From contig CAVXXK010000001.1 in the NCBI GenBank assembly GCA_963765675.1, forward strand, positions 1,632,001-1,696,000: a stretch of 64,000 nt of DNA, read 5' to 3'. Under the pieces are notes generated by a model that worked only from the letters and a program-made list of their open reading frames with translations, was not told the origin of the DNA and searched no databases. The stretch comes from an uncultured delta proteobacterium. Lineage in GTDB: Bacteria > Desulfobacterota > Binatia > Binatales > Binataceae. The first letter of the stretch is position 1, and each line of letters opens with the position of its first letter. Positions 57,254 through 64,000 of the stretch are shown here, in pieces. The position numbers and the translations under genes are program-made.

Positions 57254-57273
57254 CACGAAGAGGAAGTAGAACG

Positions 57274-58209
57274 ATGGCACTATTGGATGGAAAAGTTGCA
57301 GTAATCACCGGAGCCGGACGCGGCATCGGCCGCGAAGAAGCGCTCCTGCTCGCAAAGCAAGGCGCCAAGATCGTAGTTAACGATCTCGGCGGCCATTTCG
57401 ACGGCACCGGCCAGTCACGCTCACCTGCCGAAGACGTGGTCAAGGAAATCCGCGCGGCGGGCGGAGAGGCGGTCGCGAATTACGAAAGCGTCACCGACTT
57501 CAAGGCCGCCAAGCGGATCGTCGAATGCGCGATCGACAATTTCGGCAAGCTCAGTATCGTGGTCAACAACGCCGGCATCCTGCGCGACCGCATGATCTTC
57601 AACATGAGCGAGGAAGATTGGGACGCGGTCGTCGCGGTGCATTTGAAGGGCAGCTTCAACGTTGCTCGTCACGCGACCGCCTATTGGCGCGAACAGCACA
57701 AGGCCGGAAACGTCCTCAACGGCCGCCTGATCAACACCAGCTCCGACTCCGGCATCCTGGGCAACGCCGGCCAGGGCAACTACGGCGCGGCCAAGGCCGC
57801 GGTGGCCGCGATGGCGATAATCGTCGATCGCGAGATGACCCGTTATGGCGTCACCGCCAACGCGATCGCGCCGGTCGCGCGCACCCGCCTGACCGTCGAT
57901 GCGACCCCGCAGACCGCCGCCGGGATGGGCACCGCGAAGGCGGGCGAATGGGACGCGTTCACGCCCGCGCACGTCGCGCCTCTGGTGGCGTGGCTCGGCA
58001 GCGACGACGCCAAAGACGTCCACGGCGAAGTCTTCCGCGTCGGCATGGGCACGGTCTGGCTGATGCAGGGATGGCATTCGGTAGGCAAGGTCGCCAAGAA
58101 GGGTTCGATGTGGGATCCCGCCGAGCTCGGCACCAAACTGAAGGAGGAGCTCGCCAAGGGCGCCACCAAGAAAGAGAACATGGGCTCCGTGATGGCGGGC
58201 AACGTCTAA
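57274..58209 (+). CDS. SDR oxidoreductase (3-hydroxyacyl-CoA dehydrogenase/MFE-2-like)
   Basis: TGAGRGIG, VVNDLG, NNAGILRD, GQGNYGAAK. Confidence 0.9.
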   Translation: MALLDGKVAVITGAGRGIGREEALLLAKQGAKIVVNDLGGHFDGTGQSRSPAEDVVKEIRAAGGEAVANYESVTDFKAAKRIVECAIDNFGKLSIVVNNAGILRDRMIFNMSEEDWDAVVAVHLKGSFNVARHATAYWREQHKAGNVLNGRLINTSSDSGILGNAGQGNYGAAKAAVAAMAIIVDREMTRYGVTANAIAPVARTRLTVDATPQTAAGMGTAKAGEWDAFTPAHVAPLVAWLGSDDAKDVHGEVFRVGMGTVWLMQGWHSVGKVAKKGSMWDPAELGTKLKEELAKGATKKENMGSVMAGNV

Positions 58210-58210
58210 G

Positions 58211-58747
58211 TTGCCTGATCGGATTCATCGCAGTCACAAGCCTGATGGAAGCGCGGCTCATCGCGAGCCGCGCTTCCGTTCTATCCTGTTCATCTGCGCG
58301 GCGAACACGGCGCGCAGCGTGATGGCGGAGCATATGCTGCGCCGCGAGCTCACCGCGCGCGGAATCGATCGCCACGTGAGTGTCACGTCCGCCGGAATCG
58401 CGCCCTACGCGCGTGACGGCGCGCTGGTCTCGCTCGACACGCGCCTGGCCCTGCGTGAGGTCGGAATCGATATCGGTGAAGAGGCGACCTCGACCGATCT
58501 GAAACGGCATCCGGAGATTCTCGACGGCGCTGACCTGGTGATTGCGATGACCGAGCAGCAGTCGCGCGAGTTGATCGAGAAATTCCCCGGCGCGCGCGGC
58601 CGGACCGTGTATACGCTGCGCTCATTCACCGGAACCGCGGGCGATATCGACGACCCTTACGAGAAGGGCGACGTGGTATTCGCCGAGTGCCGCGAAGAAA
58701 TAGGCCGGCTCCTTCCCTCGCTGATCGAGCGCCTGTTCGACGAATAA
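58211..58747 (+). CDS. low-molecular-weight protein tyrosine phosphatase family protein
   Basis: ILFICAANTARS (Cx5R), SAG, DIDDPY. Confidence 0.88.
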   Translation: MPDRIHRSHKPDGSAAHREPRFRSILFICAANTARSVMAEHMLRRELTARGIDRHVSVTSAGIAPYARDGALVSLDTRLALREVGIDIGEEATSTDLKRHPEILDGADLVIAMTEQQSRELIEKFPGARGRTVYTLRSFTGTAGDIDDPYEKGDVVFAECREEIGRLLPSLIERLFDE

Positions 58748-58766
58748 CTCACGGGGAGGAGCGCCG

Positions 58767-59195
58767 ATGCGTTTCGAAAATCCCGACGACGCAACAATCA
58801 AAGCGATTCTGTCACGTCCCTGCACGGTCGCGGTGGTCGGATGCTCGGACAATCCCGCGCGCGACAGCCTGCGGATCGCGCAGCTATGGAAGTCGCACGG
58901 CTACCGCGTGATCCCGGTGAATCCGCAACTCGAGCCCGACGCGCTTCGGCCTGCGCTGGGTGAACGATGCTACGCCGACCTCGCGTCGATTCCCGAGTCG
59001 GTCGAAATCGTGGACGTATTCCGCCGCTCCGAGCACGTCGCCGCCGCGGCCGCCGAGTCCATCAGGAAAGGCGCAAAAGTTCTCTGGTGCCAGCTGGGCG
59101 TAATCGACGAAGACGCCGCCGAGCGCGCGCAAAGAGCGGGGCTGACGGTGATAATGGATCGCTGCCCCGCAATCGAATATCGCCGCCTGTTTTGA
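58767..59195 (+). CDS. CoA-binding protein (YccU-like)
   Basis: AVVGCSDNPAR, VIPVNP, VDVFR, WCQLG, MDRC. Confidence 0.9.
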   Translation: MRFENPDDATIKAILSRPCTVAVVGCSDNPARDSLRIAQLWKSHGYRVIPVNPQLEPDALRPALGERCYADLASIPESVEIVDVFRRSEHVAAAAAESIRKGAKVLWCQLGVIDEDAAERAQRAGLTVIMDRCPAIEYRRLF

Positions 59196-59207
59196 TCACT
59201 CCCCGCC

Positions 59208-59328
59208 TGTCATTTCGAGCCGCATGGCGAGAAATCCCGAGGCGTCGATGCTCCGGAGCCTCGGCCGCATGCGGCGTCCCTTCGTCCGGGATTCCTCGCA
59301 CGCGGCAGCCACGCGCGCGGGAATGACA
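59208..59328. repeat. REP-like doublet (same family)
   Basis: TGTCATTTCGAGC..GCGAGAAATCCCG, plus an inverted unit nearly identical to 44873-44910. Confidence 0.8.
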
Positions 59329-59446
59329 CATCAGCTTCGAGATGTGGCCAGCATGCTCCAGCGCGACTGATGCTGATACCCTATCTTCCGGGAGAGGGTA
59401 CGAATTACGGCAATCTGAAAAGGATCAACCTGCTCCAGGCACACAC

Positions 59447-60004
59447 ATGAAACACCACAAATGGAAAGTCCTTCAAAGCGAGACCGCGTATCATACGCCG
59501 ATTTTCGATCTCGAGCGCCGCCATTCGATTCATCCGCGCCGCGGCGAGCGTGACTTCTATGTCCTCACCGCGACCGACTGGATCAATATCATCCCGCTCA
59601 CCCGCGACCGCCACGTGGTGATGGTCCGGCAGTATCGCCACGGAATTTCGGAGTTCACCCTCGAGGTCCCCGGCGGGATGGTCGATTTGACTGACGAATC
59701 GCCGATGCACGCCGCGCGACGCGAGATGATCGAGGAGACCGGCTACGACTCCGACGCGATCGTCGCACTGGGCAAGGTGCATCCGAACCCAGCGATCGAA
59801 TCGAACATCTGCCACTCGTTCCTGGCGCGCAACGTGACTCTCGGCCGCAAGCCCAGAGAACTTGGCGCCGAGGAAACTCACGTCGAGCTGGTTCCGCTCG
59901 CGAGCATCAAGTCGATGATCGGCAGCGGCGAGATCATGCACGCGCTGACGATCGCGGCGTTCTCATTTTTTCACGTCTATAACCCGCCCACCCACCGCCG
60001 CTGA
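59447..60004 (+). CDS. NUDIX hydrolase (ADP-ribose pyrophosphatase-like)
   Basis: VRQYRH, LEVPGG..AARREMIEETG. Confidence 0.9.
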   Translation: MKHHKWKVLQSETAYHTPIFDLERRHSIHPRRGERDFYVLTATDWINIIPLTRDRHVVMVRQYRHGISEFTLEVPGGMVDLTDESPMHAARREMIEETGYDSDAIVALGKVHPNPAIESNICHSFLARNVTLGRKPRELGAEETHVELVPLASIKSMIGSGEIMHALTIAAFSFFHVYNPPTHRR

Positions 60005-60882
60005 GCGCGCGGAGCTAGCGGGAGGCCGGATTTCCGGTACTCGCGCGGGGAGCATCCGACTTCGCGGCGGAAGGCGTTGATGAAGTTCGACAGGTCGCCG
60101 AAGCCGACGTCGAAGGCGATGTCGGTTATCGGCTGGGATGTGTCGCGGAGAAATTCGATCGCGTTGCGGATTCGCGTCTGAACCAGAAAGCGGTAGGGCG
60201 TGACGCCGGTTTCGCGTTTGAAGATCCGCAGGAAGTGAAACGGGCTCAGATTCACCGATTGTGCGAGGCCTGCAAGGTCGAGCTCTTCATGTGCGTGTTG
60301 CTCGATCCGCGCGATCGCGGCGAGCACCTGTTCACGCGCGTGGGGATTCTCCGGCGCCGGGGAGGCCGCCGTCCGCGCGGTTCCCGCGCCTGCTTCCGCG
60401 AGCGCATACTCGGCGATCGCAAGCCCCAACTCCTCGAGTCCTATCAGAGACGCGCCGGAGCGAAGCCTTTCCTCCGCAAGCAGCATTATCGCGTCGGCGC
60501 GCGGACGGGGCGCGAGCACATTGCGGGCGAATGGACCGCGCTCGGCGTCGCACCTCAGCGATCCGGCAAGTTCTTCGATAATCGGCGGCTTAAAATTGAA
60601 CACCAGGCATGAGTCTCCGCCGGCGTGCTCGTGGGAGACTTCGTAATGCTGACCGGCGTTGCCGAGCAGAAGGAACCCCGTCGTCAGCAACTGGGATTGC
60701 TTGCCGCTTCGGACAGCGAAGACGCCCGAACGGACGATCGCGATCGAGTCGAGACTGAATTGGTCGTCCTGCGGCGGATCTCCTGCGCTCGCGACGCAGT
60801 GGTACTCGCGCACCTGCACCAGTCCCTGGCGAACTATGTCGCGCCACGGTTCGGAGGCGGGCGGCGCGGGAGGCGGTTCCAT
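59977..60882 (-). CDS. AraC-family transcriptional regulator
   Basis: LSPFHFLRIFK, ITDIAFDVGFGDLSNF..F. Confidence 0.92.
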   Translation of the reverse strand: MEPPPAPPASEPWRDIVRQGLVQVREYHCVASAGDPPQDDQFSLDSIAIVRSGVFAVRSGKQSQLLTTGFLLLGNAGQHYEVSHEHAGGDSCLVFNFKPPIIEELAGSLRCDAERGPFARNVLAPRPRADAIMLLAEERLRSGASLIGLEELGLAIAEYALAEAGAGTARTAASPAPENPHAREQVLAAIARIEQHAHEELDLAGLAQSVNLSPFHFLRIFKRETGVTPYRFLVQTRIRNAIEFLRDTSQPITDIAFDVGFGDLSNFINAFRREVGCSPREYRKSGLPLAPRAQRRWVGGL

Positions 60883-60981
60883 GGAGCAATTTTTACCAAG
60901 TTTCCCAAACGCACGACAGGCTAGATTCTTCGTCACGAGCAGCCGCGATCGGCCTCGAACCAGACAAAGGAGACTTAGACA

Positions 60982-61350
60982 ATGATCGACCATATCGGAC
61001 TTAAAGTGACCAGCTTCGAAAAGAGCCGCGCGTTTTACGCCAAGGCTCTCGAACCGATCGGGTATCGCGCGGAATACGACGACGCGAAAAACAAAGCCGC
61101 CGGTTTCGGCGCGAAGGGAGCGATCGATCTGTGGATCGGCGAAGGCGCGCCCGCCACGCGCGTGCATATCGCGCTTAAGAGCGCGACCCGCGCCGCCGTC
61201 AAGGAGTTCCACGCGGCAGCGCTCAAGGCCGGAGGCAAGGACAACGGCGCGCCCGGCCCGCGAACCGACTACAGCCCGACCTATTACGCGGCCTTCGTGC
61301 TCGATCCGGACGGCAACAACCTCGAGGTGGTGTGCCATGAACCTGCCTGA
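60982..61350 (+). CDS. VOC/glyoxalase family protein
   Basis: IDHIGL, HIAL, DNGAPG, DPDGNNLE. Confidence 0.92.
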   Translation: MIDHIGLKVTSFEKSRAFYAKALEPIGYRAEYDDAKNKAAGFGAKGAIDLWIGEGAPATRVHIALKSATRAAVKEFHAAALKAGGKDNGAPGPRTDYSPTYYAAFVLDPDGNNLEVVCHEPA

Positions 61351-61384
61351 TCCGAAAGAATCCGGAGCGAAAGGAGTGGGGAAT

Positions 61385-61837
61385 ATGGTTCTGAAAGGTG
61401 GATGCGCCTGCGGAGCGGTGCGCTACAAGCTCACCGAAGATCCGCTGATCGTTCACGCCTGCCACTGCCGCAATTGCCAGCGCATCACGGGCAGCGCGTT
61501 TGTGATCAACCTCTGGATCGAGAAACGGTTCGTCGAAGCCGATCTCGCACTGCTCAAGTCCTGCCGGCTCAAGGGCGGGAGCGGGCAGGCTCACGACGTT
61601 TATTTCTGCGCCACCTGCGGCACTTACCTGTGGAGCGACTACGGCGCTCCCGGCAAGAGCTATTTCGTTCGCGCCGGAACGCTCGACAAGCCCGAGGCGG
61701 TGACTCCCGACGTGCATATCTACACGCGGAGCAAGTTGCCGTGGGTGGTTCTGCCGAAGGACGCGCGCGCATTCCCGGCGTTCTACGACATCAAGAAGGT
61801 CTGGCCGCAGGCGAGCCGCGAGCGGATCGGATACTGA
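61385..61837 (+). CDS. GFA family protein
   Basis: GGCACG, CHCRNCQ, FCATCG. Confidence 0.9.
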   Translation: MVLKGGCACGAVRYKLTEDPLIVHACHCRNCQRITGSAFVINLWIEKRFVEADLALLKSCRLKGGSGQAHDVYFCATCGTYLWSDYGAPGKSYFVRAGTLDKPEAVTPDVHIYTRSKLPWVVLPKDARAFPAFYDIKKVWPQASRERIGY

Positions 61838-61879
61838 AAATGGCCACGCAGATTTTACCAAGGCTCGGGAGCGGGCGGA

Positions 61880-63475
61880 TTATTGCCCGCTCTCGGGCCC
61901 ATGCTTCCAGCGCTGCGGGCCGATCACCCACACGGTGAAATGTTCGGTGCGCAGGAGTGGGCGATATCCGCTCGAGGCGAGAAAATCGGGCGGCACGTTT
62001 ACCAACGGAAGCAACTGCAAGGGCGAATCCGAAATCACGACCGGCACGCGATGCGCCGCGATCGCGTCGTGAATCTCCGCCGTCCAGTAGTGCGAAGTGG
62101 ATGCGATAAGTCCGAAGAAATCCGCGTTGCCAAGCTTGCGCCGCGCCGCAACGAACCCATCCTTGGCGATCTCGGCACGTGCTTCGCGATACACGCCGTA
62201 TGTTTCGGGAAAGCGAATCAACTCGACCCGGTTGGCTTCGAAACACAAAAATGACGGCGCGACAATCTGGTCGCCGGGCGCGCTCGCATGGTCGATTGCC
62301 GCCGCGAGTTCGGCAACCTCCGCGCGCGGAACATAGCCGAAGCCGTACACGCTGCCGCGCAGCCAGTTTTCGTTGACGAGCGGCGTCAGCCACGCAAGGC
62401 AAATGATGACCAATGCGCCGCCGCCGAGAAGCCATTGCCATTCCGCACGGCCGGGCAGCTCAGCGGTGACGAGACTGCGAATCGCGCGTGCCAGCCGCGT
62501 AGCGCCCAGTCCGGCGATGATCGCGATAAACGGTGTCGCCTCCAGGTAGTTGTGTCCCCATGCGGTCGGGCTGAGCACGCTGAAAAAAAGGTATTCAGCG
62601 CCCGCCAGGCAGAGCACGAGCGCGGTCGCGCGATTGATCTCGCGCGCGGCCGCGAGCCGAATCGCGCCCAAGATCGCGAGCGGAGCGAGAATATCGAGGA
62701 TCAGCGCAGGGTAGAGAGGCGCCGCTGTTCCCGCGATCTCGCGCCCCTTCATGAAATGGAAGATGAAGGTCTGAAAGACGAAATCGTAACCGTAGCGCCA
62801 GTAGCAGAACCCGCACAGAATCGCGATCGCCGCGGTCAACGCCACGCCAATTTCGATCGCGCGCGATATCCTCCGCTCGGCAATAGCGACGAACACGAGT
62901 ATCACCGCCGCGGGGATGGCCGCCGTGAGCTTGATCGAGCACGCCAGTGCGAGCAACCCCGCAACCGCCATCGCGCGCAAAAACGTCGCGCTGGCGGCGC
63001 CGTCAAGAATCATGATTGCGGTGCCCGCCACGATCGGCGCGACAAAACATTCGCGCTCGTATAGGTGATAGCGAAAGACCAGCGAACTGAAAGCGTATAG
63101 AATCGCCGACGCAACTCCGGCGCGCCGCCCGGCGGCACGCGCGCCGAGCGCAAAAACCATCACACTCGTGATATAAGTCGCGGCTTCGTTCAGGAGTTCA
63201 ATTCGAAAATGGCTCGCGCCAAATATCTTGAGATAGCCGCCCGCGATCCACTCGAGCATCGGCAGATGCGGATGCACGAAATCCAGGTACGGGCGCATCC
63301 CGATCGCTATCAGATAGGCGCTCTCGAGATAGAAATCGTCCTCGACCCAAAGCGCCGGGTACAGCAGCCGGACGACGCGGGGCACGACGAGGACCAGCGC
63401 CAGCGCGGCACCGATTTGCGCGTGACGCGTCGGCTGCGCTCTGGAGTGCGCGTTGCGCGATGACTTCTGCGTCAT
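61880..63475 (-). CDS. polytopic membrane glycosyltransferase-like protein (GT-C/ArnT-like)
   Basis: VEDDFY acidic loop, PYLDF..H.P, many TM segments. Confidence 0.7.
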   Translation of the reverse strand: MTQKSSRNAHSRAQPTRHAQIGAALALVLVVPRVVRLLYPALWVEDDFYLESAYLIAIGMRPYLDFVHPHLPMLEWIAGGYLKIFGASHFRIELLNEAATYITSVMVFALGARAAGRRAGVASAILYAFSSLVFRYHLYERECFVAPIVAGTAIMILDGAASATFLRAMAVAGLLALACSIKLTAAIPAAVILVFVAIAERRISRAIEIGVALTAAIAILCGFCYWRYGYDFVFQTFIFHFMKGREIAGTAAPLYPALILDILAPLAILGAIRLAAAREINRATALVLCLAGAEYLFFSVLSPTAWGHNYLEATPFIAIIAGLGATRLARAIRSLVTAELPGRAEWQWLLGGGALVIICLAWLTPLVNENWLRGSVYGFGYVPRAEVAELAAAIDHASAPGDQIVAPSFLCFEANRVELIRFPETYGVYREARAEIAKDGFVAARRKLGNADFFGLIASTSHYWTAEIHDAIAAHRVPVVISDSPLQLLPLVNVPPDFLASSGYRPLLRTEHFTVWVIGPQRWKHGPESGQ

Positions 63476-63516
63476 CCCAGATCCCTCGCCGTCGCCCTCA
63501 GGAGGCTTCTGCTTCG

Positions 63517-64000
63517 GTGGCGCGCTTCAGCGTGCGCGACGCGGTCGTGCTGGCGGCGATCCTGGTTTTCGCGATTCTGCTGATGCTGCACGCAGGCTCG
63601 CGCCGCGGCGCGGAGTTCATGCCGTGGCCGGACGGACTCGAATATGCCGCGATGGCGGTAAACCTCGCGCATGGGATGGGTCCGGTGCTCCATTTCGGAG
63701 GTTATACTTACCCGTCGCGGTACACCGCTGGCTACCCGCTGATCCTGGCGGCCGTGGTGCCGCTCATCGTCGCTGTCTCGCACGCGTATCTCGTGACGAT
63801 CGCTCTGGGACTGCTCGCGATCACGGCGATCTTCGCGCTGGCGCGGCGGATATTCGATCTCCAAACGGCGACAATCGCGGCGCTGGTGCTTGCGACCTCG
63901 CCGGTCTTCATCACGTACTCGACGCTGGTCTTAAGCGACGTGCCCGCGATGCTCATCACGATCGTCGCGGCGTGGCTGCTGTTTGCGATCACGATCGACG
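63517..64000 (+). CDS. GT-C/GT39-like membrane glycosyltransferase, partial (runs off window)
   Basis: Open frame to the window end: PWPDGLEYAAMA..YTAGYPL..SP.F..YS..VLSDVP; GGAGG before GTG 63517 (in-frame ATG at 63460). Confidence 0.75.
   Translation, partial: MARFSVRDAVVLAAILVFAILLMLHAGSRRGAEFMPWPDGLEYAAMAVNLAHGMGPVLHFGGYTYPSRYTAGYPLILAAVVPLIVAVSHAYLVTIALGLLAITAIFALARRIFDLQTATIAALVLATSPVFITYSTLVLSDVPAMLITIVAAWLLFAITID

Noticed and set aside
12805-59328. Dispersed palindromes as CRISPR repeats or integron attC sites
   Set aside because: No regular spacers, cas genes or integrase; they flank core genes such as thpR and cysS
59977-61338. 453-aa AraC with a long N-terminal extension
   Set aside because: The extension is antisense to the VOC gene; ATG at 60882 gives a normal-size AraC

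Overview
GC-rich bacterial chromosomal segment. Gene content and style resemble soil Binatia/Deltaproteobacteria-like lineages, but that is inference only. No rRNA, tRNA or CRISPR array was seen. The first ~3.8 kb looks like an accessory edge: DNA methyltransferase/Mrr-like fusion, orphan membrane gene, IS remnant and palindromic repeats. Next is a SAM-I riboswitch-controlled sulfur-carrier operon (ThiF, ThrC-like, MoaD-like carrier, CysM, NIL), then mostly metabolic and housekeeping genes (asd, thpR, sulfatase, comB-like, trmJ, phaC, lutBCA, queG, iscA, fabG, cysS, ltaE), a vapBC pair and a decayed higBA pair. Three genes are interrupted (one in-frame TGA, two frameshifts at A-runs), which may be assembly errors. 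Four loci carry one REP/REPIN-like palindrome family. Best candidates for an undescribed system: (1) an exbB-exbD-exbD motor operon whose TonB-like partner carries a vWA domain instead of a TonB C-terminal domain; (2) the riboswitch operon, which may make both homocysteine and cysteine on one sulfur carrier; (3) a stand-alone LeuA/CimA regulatory domain coupled to a thiol-disulfide oxidoreductase. All product calls come from motif recognition; no database search was run.
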